Part shown: positions 20,223 to 27,946 of the stretch, piece by piece
How the letters are laid out: each line of letters opens with the position of its first letter
Position numbering within the stretch: position 1 is the stretch's first letter
DNA from: a virus
Taxonomy: Duplodnaviria; Caudoviricetes
Length of the DNA stretch: 31,989 nucleotides
Virus record (IMG/VR): IMGVR_UViG_3300033388_000562
Span: 1-31,989 of that record
Strand: one strand, 5' to 3'
Notes under the pieces: generated by a model
Database searches by the model: none
The model's input: the letters and a program-made list of their open reading frames with translations, nothing else
What the model was told of the DNA's origin: nothing
Made by a program: the position numbers and the translations under genes

Positions 20223-20223
20223 T

Positions 20224-20829
20224 TTAATAACTTTCTACCCCACTGATTAACATGTCTACATATCCACCAGTTCCCAGGTTGGTTGTGTCTAAAATTACTC
20301 CCCAATCTCCATCGAAAGCGCTACCTCCGCTATCAGCTCCTAATCCTATGTTAGCTGCGAGAGATCCTTTTCCAGTAACAAAGTTTGCTCTTGTTCCAGG
20401 TGTTCCTGCGCCAAATTGTTGGCTACAAATGCTACCTATTTGAACTGCTACAAAATCATCTGAGTTTAAAGCGTCATTCCATGTTGTTCCTAGATACTTT
20501 TGAGTTCCGCTACTTGCTGTGCTTCCTTCTTCTACGTGAAAATCTGTAGACGACCCTACTAGATACACCCATCTATATTTAAAAATTAACCCACTATCGG
20601 AGTATAGCTGTATCATGTTTGCGTCCATAAATGTACCTAAGTCTCCACTAGCTTGCGTAGGATTCTGGCAATAAGCCATTGGTTGTTCAAAGGTGGTGTT
20701 GAATACAGTTTGTCCTTCGCTTAGAGATAAGTCTTGAATAAAGCCCGAACCATAAGTTGTGCCATTCATTATAGACCATATTTTCTCTCTATTTAATTTA
20801 CCGTATGTGTAGAAACCTTGAAACGCCAT
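20224..20829 (-). CDS. Virion decoration/fibre protein, paralog 3 (201 aa)
   Basis: Shares the YTYG.L...I...EG.TV(F/Y)N N-terminus and a Gly-rich beta C-domain with the two upstream genes. Confidence 0.55.
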   Translation of the reverse strand: MAFQGFYTYGKLNREKIWSIMNGTTYGSGFIQDLSLSEGQTVFNTTFEQPMAYCQNPTQASGDLGTFMDANMIQLYSDSGLIFKYRWVYLVGSSTDFHVEEGSTASSGTQKYLGTTWNDALNSDDFVAVQIGSICSQQFGAGTPGTRANFVTGKGSLAANIGLGADSGGSAFDGDWGVILDTTNLGTGGYVDMLISGVESY

Positions 20830-20831
20830 AA

Positions 20832-21341
20832 TTAATTACCTTCTATTGTTTGTAATGCTATTGTTCTTACTCCACTACCTGCGCTTTCTAAGGCTTGTCC
20901 CATAGTATATGGAGCTCCTCCACCTGTGTATGCTACAAAACCTCCAGAAGAGTCTAGCTCTAAAGCTTGACCTCTAGTGACAGCACCGTTTAGTTTAGCG
21001 TCCACCTTACCCATAAACGCCACTACTATTGGGTCATTCGTAGAGGATCCTCCTCTTAAGCATATTCCCCAAAAATAATCAGCATCGGTAGAGATAGATA
21101 GTCTACATTGAACGCTTCCGCTACCTGGTGTTATAGCTACTCCGTCTCCTGGAACCATTGTTACAGACGCAGCTAAAGGTAGTACTATAGATATATCATT
21201 AGTCCATACTGAACCATTATATATTTCCATTATGTCCCAATCCCTATTGTACACAGTGTCTCCTTCTTGCATTCCTGTTAAATTGTTTATCTCAGTAACG
21301 TCTAAAACTCCGTATGTATATGGTAATGCTTGATAACTCAT
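20832..21341 (-). CDS. Virion decoration/fibre protein with DUF2190/capsid-cement-like domain, paralog 2 (169 aa)
   Basis: GICLRGG...IVVAFMGKVDAKLNGAVTRGQALELDSSG...MGQALESA pattern. Confidence 0.6.
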   Translation of the reverse strand: MSYQALPYTYGVLDVTEINNLTGMQEGDTVYNRDWDIMEIYNGSVWTNDISIVLPLAASVTMVPGDGVAITPGSGSVQCRLSISTDADYFWGICLRGGSSTNDPIVVAFMGKVDAKLNGAVTRGQALELDSSGGFVAYTGGGAPYTMGQALESAGSGVRTIALQTIEGN

Positions 21342-21958
21342 TATGCGTATATTTGATTAGCTGTTCCATAAAGTGCTACTAAATGACCTTGAGCTGTTGT
21401 AGGTGTAGCAGCTGTACTTGTTATTATTGGAAAAACTACGTTAATGTATTTACCAACAAAACCATCTCCACTTATAGATGAAGCGTCATACAGTACGCCT
21501 GCTGGAGAATTATCTAACCTCATTGGCCTGCTCTCTACTATTGTGCCATCGGTTTTGCAAGGCCAAGAACCTTGGGTACCTAATGTACATAGTGTTCCGT
21601 CTGCTCCGCCTTGTAATACTACTCCAAAACAATGATCTAGAGCACTGGATGAGGTTGTTATTTCGCAAGATGGTCTAGTACCTCCTGAAGCTGAAGATGA
21701 TACTATAACGTAATCACCAGGCTCTATGTCACTTCCATTTTTGTTAACAGCTCCAATGATGCCGTTTCCCCACCACTTACCGTTTAAGTAGGTAAGCATT
21801 CTGTGATTAGTAGAGCATATGACTGTGTCTAAATCGTTAACATATGACTGGTCCCAGTATTCGGCAGCTCCTACAGTCTGACTGTTTAGTGCAAATATCT
21901 GATTATAGGTTTTTAATCCCCATGTTGTTCCTCCTGTATTTCCAAAAGTATAACTCAT
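21341..21958 (-). CDS. Virion decoration/fibre protein, paralog 1 (205 aa)
   Basis: IEPGDYVIV...FGVVLQGGADG.LCTLGTQG...GFVGKYI matches the neighbour's C-domain. Confidence 0.55.
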   Translation of the reverse strand: MSYTFGNTGGTTWGLKTYNQIFALNSQTVGAAEYWDQSYVNDLDTVICSTNHRMLTYLNGKWWGNGIIGAVNKNGSDIEPGDYVIVSSSASGGTRPSCEITTSSSALDHCFGVVLQGGADGTLCTLGTQGSWPCKTDGTIVESRPMRLDNSPAGVLYDASSISGDGFVGKYINVVFPIITSTAATPTTAQGHLVALYGTANQIYA

Positions 21959-21961
21959 ATA

Positions 21962-22924
21962 TTATTTTATAAACCAGTTACCTCCGTCTGCTATAAATTC
22001 ATAATACGTTTGTAAAGCTGGTATTGCTAAAGGCGTTGAACTTCTATCTACTCCGTCTATAGTTACCCCAGGTGCATCAGTATATACCAACAAAGTGTCT
22101 GTAGTGGCTGATTGAGTGCTATATTTAACTCCAACCATATCTCCATCTGATGCGGCAGCTGGTAAATTAATTCTTAAAGTAGTAGTTACAGTTGCAATTA
22201 TAAAATCTCCAGCCACTGCGGTGTATGGTGTGAGCACCTGGACTCTTGGAGTCCAATATGAACTTCCGCCACCACCCGGTATGGCTTGAGTTCCTAAATC
22301 TCCATTTACATCTGCAACAACCATTCTAGTTCCAACTCCAGCAAGACCTGTAATTCTAGATCCACCGGTAACTTCTAGCTCTGTTGAAGGTGTTGTTGTT
22401 CCAATTCCTAATCTATTATTAGCGTTATCCCAAAAGAAATTTGCATTGTTCTCTGTTACTGTTAGGCCATTAATAAATAAAATAGAACCAGTGGTAAAAC
22501 CGCCAAGCCTAAGCGCTGTGGTGCCAGGAATATCCATTTGAGGACTACCAGAATTCTCAAAAAGTTGAAACACCGTACCAAATGCTGTGTTAAAATTTAA
22601 AGATCTATCCGCTTGTATTCTAAAATCACCAGCGCCTGCTCCATCTCCAAAATATAAATTTGATCCAGCTCCTATTCCTGTTAGAGGAGTGGCTGACATA
22701 CGTAATTGTGTAGCATTTCCTGAATTATCTAGCTCTATTAGGTTTTGACCCCCATTATTGTTTGCTGTTAAAACCGCATCTAGTCCAGATGCTGGTATTC
22801 CTGAAATCAAATCAGCTGGTGATATTTTAACATTACTACCTGGACTACCGCTTATATACCCTACTAATCCAGTGATACTAGATAAGGTTGATTCTGTGTT
22901 AAAAGCTGAAAATTTAGTTGCCAT
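21962..22924 (-). CDS. Short fibre protein (320 aa)
   Basis: NFFWDNANNRLGIGTTTPSTELEVTG and GTRMVVADVNGDL fibre motifs; C-terminal YTAVAGD...INLPAAA.DGD...TIDG...W domain. Confidence 0.7.
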   Translation of the reverse strand: MATKFSAFNTESTLSSITGLVGYISGSPGSNVKISPADLISGIPASGLDAVLTANNNGGQNLIELDNSGNATQLRMSATPLTGIGAGSNLYFGDGAGAGDFRIQADRSLNFNTAFGTVFQLFENSGSPQMDIPGTTALRLGGFTTGSILFINGLTVTENNANFFWDNANNRLGIGTTTPSTELEVTGGSRITGLAGVGTRMVVADVNGDLGTQAIPGGGGSSYWTPRVQVLTPYTAVAGDFIIATVTTTLRINLPAAASDGDMVGVKYSTQSATTDTLLVYTDAPGVTIDGVDRSSTPLAIPALQTYYEFIADGGNWFIK

Positions 22925-22937
22925 TATATTTTTTTTA

Positions 22938-22945
22938 CAAAGTTA
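22938..22945 (-). promoter_or_regulatory. Bacteroidota -7 box TAACTTTG
   Basis: TAnnTTTG match 13 nt before ATG 22924. Confidence 0.7.
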
Positions 22946-22952
22946 AGTATTT

Positions 22953-24764
22953 TTAAGGTATGGTAGCTGGAGCTAAGTCTCCTTCTTCCATGTTTATAGT
23001 AAATGCGTTTCCAGACGACTCTGATGTAGTGTTAACTGTACCAGACAATCCACCAGCCACCATAGGCAAGGTTGATTGGTCTCGGTTTATCTCATCATAA
23101 TACTTAGTGTTAGATCCTATCATGTCTACTAATATAGAGGCTGATGCTCCAGCTTCAAGTACTACATCGTCACCACCTTCGGTAGTTATCTGATCACCAG
23201 CTTGAGTACCTACATCTCCTAAATTAGAAGAAATAGCACTCTCTAGTTTCCAGTTGTTGCTGTATGTTGAGTCTGGATAATCATTTCCATCTCCAAATCT
23301 CCACCAAGCGGTACAACCATTAGCTATAGTTGATGGGGTTTTTGTTCTGTTAAACAATTCTAGAGTTGAAGCGCTGTTCATAACTGAATTGTATACTGCT
23401 ATTTCATCAATCCATCCCTCGTATTGCTCTGGGGCACCTGATTCTCTAGTTTGACCTATATTTACAGGGTAAGGTCCATTTAGTCTATCCATTTGTGAGG
23501 TGGGGGGTGTTGAAGTTACCGCACTTAAAGAACCTCCATAGGTTCCTGTTTGAATTTCGAGATACATTGATGCTAGGTCTGCGTCTATTTTATAAGACAC
23601 CCTAAAGAAGTTCCATTCATTAGGAACTATAGTGGCGCTTGCACTGTTAGCTAATACTCCGCTGTAATATACCTTGAATATTAATTGAGTGGAGCTTATA
23701 GCGTATACTTCCCATCCTCCAGCTTGACTAAGCCCTCTTATGTCGTGAGCATTTATTACACTTTTAATAGGGAATCCTGATATGGGTAAAATCCATCCAG
23801 TTATAGTAAAGTCATTAAAGTATATACCTATATTGTCTTCATTTCCAACACCGTTTCCTAGTTTATATACCGTTCCGCCAGGTAATCCTGTTGGAGGTGG
23901 GTTAAATGCTAAAGCGTAATTACTTTCTAAAGCCACATCACTATGTTCTTTCCAAGCATACCAGTTTTGCTTCCACGTTGGGTTATCTCTAGTGGTCCAG
24001 TAACCTTGAAGATCAGCTGATAAGTTGTAATTACCCTCATCTACTGTTGGGTCTATTGGAGTTCCTGCATTATAATAATCTACAGCTGCAGAGTCTGTAA
24101 ATGGAGCCATCCAAGTAACTATTTCTGTCATTTCTCCAGCGTAATACACGCCTCCATTTCTATTTACTCCTACCGCCCCAGCCCTAGGTACATCAGACGC
24201 AACTCCTGTGTCTCTATATACTATACTTCCTGAAGCTGTCCCTGGATTAAATGTTTGGCCGAACGGGTTAGATGTAAATGAAACAGCTGAAGGAACCCCA
24301 TCTATCCAACATAAAGCTGATGGTGTGGTTAAATTAGAATTAAAAGTCACTACGACTTGATTCCATTGATTATTTGTAAGGGTTAATTCAGATAGACCTG
24401 ACTTTCTATTAGCTGAACCGGCTCCTGTTCCGTTTCCATATGTAATTACTAATCTTCCCGAGGAGTGTGTTGTTATTGCGAGTCCACAATATGCGTTTGC
24501 ATTTGGACCTACATTGTTATTACCCCATAAAGGTTGGCTAGCAAAATCACTAGACTTCACCCAAAAAGAAACAGTGTAATTATTACTTAAGACTTCTGCC
24601 TGTTCTGGTTGTAAATTTTTAGTTGTTTGTCTAGAGTTTTGAAACGCTATGTATTCATCTACTCCATCAAACACGAATGCCTTATCAACAACAAAGCCTC
24701 CTCCAGCTCCGCCTGGCCTCTGGTCAAATACAAAGGATGCTCCTATGCCGACTCCGCTTGCCAT
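22953..24764 (-). CDS. Double LamG/concanavalin A-like lectin domain virion protein, putative head fibre (603 aa)
   Basis: Two LamG units: FDGVDEYI...YTVSFWVK...WNQVVVTF...YAGEMTEI and FTITGWI...WNFFRVSY...YEGWIDEIAVYN...AWWRFGD. Confidence 0.8.
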   Translation of the reverse strand: MASGVGIGASFVFDQRPGGAGGGFVVDKAFVFDGVDEYIAFQNSRQTTKNLQPEQAEVLSNNYTVSFWVKSSDFASQPLWGNNNVGPNANAYCGLAITTHSSGRLVITYGNGTGAGSANRKSGLSELTLTNNQWNQVVVTFNSNLTTPSALCWIDGVPSAVSFTSNPFGQTFNPGTASGSIVYRDTGVASDVPRAGAVGVNRNGGVYYAGEMTEIVTWMAPFTDSAAVDYYNAGTPIDPTVDEGNYNLSADLQGYWTTRDNPTWKQNWYAWKEHSDVALESNYALAFNPPPTGLPGGTVYKLGNGVGNEDNIGIYFNDFTITGWILPISGFPIKSVINAHDIRGLSQAGGWEVYAISSTQLIFKVYYSGVLANSASATIVPNEWNFFRVSYKIDADLASMYLEIQTGTYGGSLSAVTSTPPTSQMDRLNGPYPVNIGQTRESGAPEQYEGWIDEIAVYNSVMNSASTLELFNRTKTPSTIANGCTAWWRFGDGNDYPDSTYSNNWKLESAISSNLGDVGTQAGDQITTEGGDDVVLEAGASASILVDMIGSNTKYYDEINRDQSTLPMVAGGLSGTVNTTSESSGNAFTINMEEGDLAPATIP

Positions 24765-25253
24765 TTACCAGTTCGCTATTAAATTCGTTGCTGTTGTTCC
24801 AGTGTTAAATACTTTATATACTTGAACCGGAACGAAAGTTCCAGCTGGTATAGCTTGATACGTTACTACACTACCTCCTACTGTTTCAACTTTTAGATTG
24901 CCTGCTACTGCCGGTCCTCCTACATATATTATACATCCTTCAGATCTATTGAATTCTGGGTTTAAATATAAAGTAAATAAGTCCCCTGCAGACATAATGT
25001 TAGCTGAAAGCGAAAGTAAAGTATTGCTATCAACCTCTGTAACTGTTGCAATAGTATTTGTTGTTTCGTTCACTACTATAGCTCCTGCTTTTAATTGAGC
25101 TACATTGAATAAATCTGTAGCTACTTGAAGCTTGTCAGCTACTGTTGCGCTCGCTGCACCGGTTATAGTTCCTGAACTTGGTACTGGGATTGGAATAGTG
25201 TCGCTAGGTATAACCTCTGCTGCTAATCCTGGTTGTAATTTCTGGTATGCCAT
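24765..25253 (-). CDS. Head-spike base protein (RcGTA Rcc01079-like) with an inserted module (162 aa)
   Basis: AAEVIPSD...IYVGG...GNLKVETVGG..VTY..IPAGTFVPVQVYKVFNTGTTATNLIA matches the recalled Rcc01079 family pattern. Confidence 0.7.
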   Translation of the reverse strand: MAYQKLQPGLAAEVIPSDTIPIPVPSSGTITGAASATVADKLQVATDLFNVAQLKAGAIVVNETTNTIATVTEVDSNTLLSLSANIMSAGDLFTLYLNPEFNRSEGCIIYVGGPAVAGNLKVETVGGSVVTYQAIPAGTFVPVQVYKVFNTGTTATNLIANW

Positions 25254-25259
25254 AATGTT

Positions 25260-25409
25260 TTATTTTCTTTTGTAAGGTAAGATTTCATTTAAGGTTCTTC
25301 TACGCTTATCGCACCCACAATCTTTGTTTTCAAACATTTTAGAAATACCTGTCATATCAGTAAATTGCTTTATTGTATCGCCAAATCCTTCTGCTTGTTT
25401 TTTTTTCAT
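25260..25409 (-). CDS. Small protein with DCGC motif (49 aa, not in the track)
   Basis: Translated by hand: MKKKQAEGFGDTIKQFTDMTGISKMFENKDCGCDKRRRTLNEILPYKRK; preceded by a promoter box. Confidence 0.7.
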   Translation of the reverse strand: MKKKQAEGFGDTIKQFTDMTGISKMFENKDCGCDKRRRTLNEILPYKRK

Positions 25410-25421
25410 GAGTTTAATTCG

Positions 25422-25439
25422 TTATCATTGCAAAGATAA
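25422..25439. promoter_or_regulatory. Near-perfect palindrome TTATCATTGCAAAGATAA containing abutting -7 boxes on both strands
   Basis: Minus TATCTTTG (25431-25438) and plus TATCATTG (25423-25430) lie between divergent genes. Confidence 0.65.
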
Positions 25440-25458
25440 GAATAAAATACAATTTAAA

Positions 25459-25860
25459 ATGGCTCACGAATTTTTAAAACACTGGAGAGTTGTTAGGTAT
25501 CTAATAAAAAAGCAATATGACTTAAGTCAGCAAGATTTAGAGATGCTTTTGTTTCTATATAGTGAAGGAAGGTTTACTAAAGATGATTTTTCTTTTTATG
25601 AAGGTATAATGTCTTGGGATTCTCAAAGATTTGCTAGATTAAAGAACGATGGATGGATAAATCAATGGAGAAAAAACTATGGAAACAAAAGAGCCATCTA
25701 TTGCTTGTCCCATAGAGGAAAAACAGCGATGGCTCGTGTGTATCGTTTATTATTAGGAGAGGAAAAGTTTCCTGAAAGCGCTAGAAATCCTCTTCATGAT
25801 AAAACTACCGGCTTTGAAGCTAGGTATTTACAAACAATGAAGAAAATTAATAGAAACTAG
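25459..25860 (+). CDS. Putative winged-helix (MarR-like) DNA-binding protein (133 aa; start corrected to ATG 25459)
   Basis: YDLSQQDLEMLLFLY...RFARLKNDGWI...RAIYCLSHRGK is a MarR-type wHTH pattern; A-rich leader AATAAAATACAATTTAAA; the only credible plus-strand gene. Confidence 0.7.
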   Translation: MAHEFLKHWRVVRYLIKKQYDLSQQDLEMLLFLYSEGRFTKDDFSFYEGIMSWDSQRFARLKNDGWINQWRKNYGNKRAIYCLSHRGKTAMARVYRLLLGEEKFPESARNPLHDKTTGFEARYLQTMKKINRN

Positions 25861-26015
25861 TCTTTTTTAAAGGCTAATAAAGCTTCTCTCAACCCTAATC
25901 CAAAGAAAACACCACTATATAATGGGTGAGCCTCTAATAAAAGGATTGCTCCAGCTGCACCTGCGGCAACTGCTTTAGATAATGGGTGATTTACTATATC
26001 TTTTACTGTTTTCAT
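25857..26015 (-). CDS. Small hydrophobic protein (52 aa, not in the track)
   Basis: MKTVKDIVNHPLSKAVAAGAAGAILLLEAHPLYSGVFFGLGLREALLAFKKD; TAATG coupling upstream; two short hydrophobic segments. Confidence 0.65.
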   Translation of the reverse strand: MKTVKDIVNHPLSKAVAAGAAGAILLLEAHPLYSGVFFGLGLREALLAFKKD

Positions 26016-26152
26016 TACTTTTTACTTTTTGAGGTTAGTGTTTTTCGAAATATTCCCTTCATATCCAAGCCTCTTAGGTAATTAGTTTTACCTGGGTCGG
26101 TTGAAGTGTTCTCTAGCTTTCGCCATCCTGAGTGTTTCTTAGGAAAAGCCAC
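26015..26152 (-). CDS. Small basic protein (45 aa, GTG start, not in the track)
   Basis: MAFPKKHSGWRKLENTSTDPGKTNYLRGLDMKGIFRKTLTSKSKK; exact TAGTG and TAATG overlaps at both ends. Confidence 0.6.
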   Translation of the reverse strand: MAFPKKHSGWRKLENTSTDPGKTNYLRGLDMKGIFRKTLTSKSKK

Positions 26153-26352
26153 TATTTCTTAACCATTGATGAGATATGTTTTCCTACATTCTCATACTTC
26201 ATTCCATGGTCACCACCATAAGCGTGTCCATATATTTTTTTAGACATTGCTTTAGACTCATCTCTTCTGTCTTTTAAAGATTGCTTGTGTTTCCCTTTGT
26301 GTTTGTTGCCTAGAGACTCATCTAATCTTGCGTTATACCCTTGTTTTTTCAT
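26152..26352 (-). CDS. Small basic protein (66 aa)
   Basis: QGYNARLDESLG...QSLKDRRDESKAM; packed within the cluster. Confidence 0.7.
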   Translation of the reverse strand: MKKQGYNARLDESLGNKHKGKHKQSLKDRRDESKAMSKKIYGHAYGGDHGMKYENVGKHISSMVKK

Positions 26353-26357
26353 GATAG

Positions 26358-26552
26358 TTATTTTTTTGTTTTACACGCAAAGTTTTTTGCGAAGTTTGCT
26401 TTTTTTACAATTTTTTCTGAGTACTTTTTTGGATTACTCATTACCATTTTGGCGGCTTCACAAGGAGTCTTGCCTTTTCCTTTAGCCCACTTAGAAAAGG
26501 ATCCCTTTTCACTGGGTTTAATTTTAATATCTAACTCTTTCTTCTTTGCCAT
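26358..26552 (-). CDS. Small basic protein (64 aa; start corrected to ATG 26552)
   Basis: MAKKKELDIKIKPSEKGSFSKWAK...KKYSEKIVKKANFAKNF. Confidence 0.7.
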   Translation of the reverse strand: MAKKKELDIKIKPSEKGSFSKWAKGKGKTPCEAAKMVMSNPKKYSEKIVKKANFAKNFACKTKK

Positions 26553-26555
26553 ATG

Positions 26556-26563
26556 CAAATATA
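26556..26563 (-). promoter_or_regulatory. Bacteroidota -7 box TATATTTG
   Basis: Fills most of the 11-nt intergenic gap, 3 nt before the ATG. Confidence 0.6.
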
Positions 26564-26860
26564 CTAATATTTTCCTTTTCTTGAGGAAGGAGAGCTCTTT
26601 TTAGATCCACCCTTGCCAGCCCAAAGGTTCTTACACGCCCAATATCTAGCTGTCAACTTAGACTTAGCGGAAGAACACTTGTGGCGAGCTTTAAAGCTTT
26701 TTCTAGCTGCGGCTGAGTAATTGTGACCGTATCCTTTAGCTCCAAAGTGAATTACCTTCTCTTTACCACCTTCACATCCTTTAACCATTTTCTTTTTCCC
26801 TGGTCTTGAGGATGATCTAGGCTTATTACAAGCCATTTTTGATTTGTCTACCCTAGCCAT
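26564..26860 (-). CDS. Small basic Cys-containing protein (98 aa)
   Basis: KKKMVK...KVIHFGAKGY...ARKSFKARHKC...TARYWACKNLW, recalled as a widespread viral family of unknown function. Confidence 0.75.
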   Translation of the reverse strand: MARVDKSKMACNKPRSSSRPGKKKMVKGCEGGKEKVIHFGAKGYGHNYSAAARKSFKARHKCSSAKSKLTARYWACKNLWAGKGGSKKSSPSSRKGKY

Positions 26861-26973
26861 TAGTACTTCTTTTTAGCTTTCTTAACTTTTTTACCAGTTT
26901 TTTTTGCAAGAGCTTTAGCTTTTTTCATACCATCTTTGGTATATGCAAATTTCTTTTTTCCTACTGTTGGCAT
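26860..26973 (-). CDS. Very Lys-rich mini-protein (37 aa, not in the track)
   Basis: MPTVGKKKFAYTKDGMKKAKALAKKTGKKVKKAKKKY; TAATG overlap with the next gene. Confidence 0.7.
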   Translation of the reverse strand: MPTVGKKKFAYTKDGMKKAKALAKKTGKKVKKAKKKY

Positions 26974-26975
26974 AA

Positions 26976-27332
26976 TTATTTTCTTTTTAATGGTTTAACT
27001 TTCTTTCCTCCTGCTCCTCTCATCCCTACTTTTTTCTTTTCAGCTTTCTTTCTCGATAATTCTGATTTACTCATTTCTCCTTTTGTCTTAGGAGTTTTAG
27101 ATGAAACTCTTTTACTAGGTCTGCAATACTCGTTTTTTCCTCCGCCTCCACATGGTTTTCCAGTCCTAGTGTCTATCCATTTTTCTTTTTCCCATCTCTT
27201 AAGGTTTGACCCAGCCTTAGACTTAGTTACTTTTCCTTTTTTCTTTCTACACTTAGCTGTAGCTTGAGCTGCACGAGCAGACCATTTACCATAGCTTTTC
27301 ATTACTTTTTTATAACAGGCGTCTTTAGGCAT
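26976..27332 (-). CDS. Small basic Cys-containing protein (118 aa, DUF5872-like)
   Basis: DACYKKV...WSARAAQ...KCRK, LKRWEKEKW.D..TGKPCG, YCRPSKRVSSKTPKT. Confidence 0.75.
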   Translation of the reverse strand: MPKDACYKKVMKSYGKWSARAAQATAKCRKKKGKVTKSKAGSNLKRWEKEKWIDTRTGKPCGGGGKNEYCRPSKRVSSKTPKTKGEMSKSELSRKKAEKKKVGMRGAGGKKVKPLKRK

Positions 27333-27611
27333 TTATTTTTTATATTTCACTTTAACCTTGCCATCACTGCCATCTCTTTTAACTTTACGCTTAGTGACTT
27401 TACGTTTACCTATTCTTGTAGGATCTTCTACTAATGCGTCATAGTTCTCGTCATCGGGAGCAGCGTTGTCCGAAGTAAATGGTGAATAAGTTACTGTGGT
27501 AGATTTAAGTTTTCCTTTTCCCTTACCGAACTTATAGAACTTATCTTTTACATCAGGTTCAGTTTGCTTAGGTTTGTTTCTTTTGCTTTTATGCATTTTA
27601 GTATGTGCCAT
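27333..27611 (-). CDS. Small basic protein (92 aa; start corrected to ATG 27611)
   Basis: MAHTKMHKSKRNKPK...; the ATG lies just after the upstream stop at 27613. Confidence 0.65.
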   Translation of the reverse strand: MAHTKMHKSKRNKPKQTEPDVKDKFYKFGKGKGKLKSTTVTYSPFTSDNAAPDDENYDALVEDPTRIGKRKVTKRKVKRDGSDGKVKVKYKK

Positions 27612-27612
27612 A

Positions 27613-27927
27613 TTATGTTCCTCCTGTATTACCTTTATTTTTTCTGCCCTTACCTTTTTTGCCACGAGCTCTCCTGTCACCAGCTGTAGCAGACTTGCTG
27701 GCTCTATTTTTATGCTCTGATTCTAGAACTACTCTTCCGTTTCTATGGGATACGTCTTTACCGTCATAGTTTCCGTAAGTTCCAAACTCTCGATTCTTTT
27801 TGTTATCGAAAACTCTTCTCTTAACTTGAGACGGTTTTTTATTGTACGCTTTTTGATACTCGTTTCTTTTTTCACGAGCTCTTTTGTTCTTACGGTAATA
27901 TCTAGCAGTTCTACTTAATTTAGACAT
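27613..27927 (-). CDS. Basic protein with a minimal HNH-like motif (104 aa)
   Basis: DGKDVSHRNG...LESEHKNRA resembles a truncated HNH beta-beta-alpha motif. Confidence 0.55.
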   Translation of the reverse strand: MSKLSRTARYYRKNKRAREKRNEYQKAYNKKPSQVKRRVFDNKKNREFGTYGNYDGKDVSHRNGRVVLESEHKNRASKSATAGDRRARGKKGKGRKNKGNTGGT

Positions 27928-27931
27928 GCTA

Positions 27932-27939
27932 CAAAGATA
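27932..27939 (-). promoter_or_regulatory. Bacteroidota -7 box TATCTTTG (basic-protein operon)
   Basis: TAnnTTTG match 4 nt before ATG 27927. Confidence 0.75.
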
Positions 27940-27946
27940 AACATAA

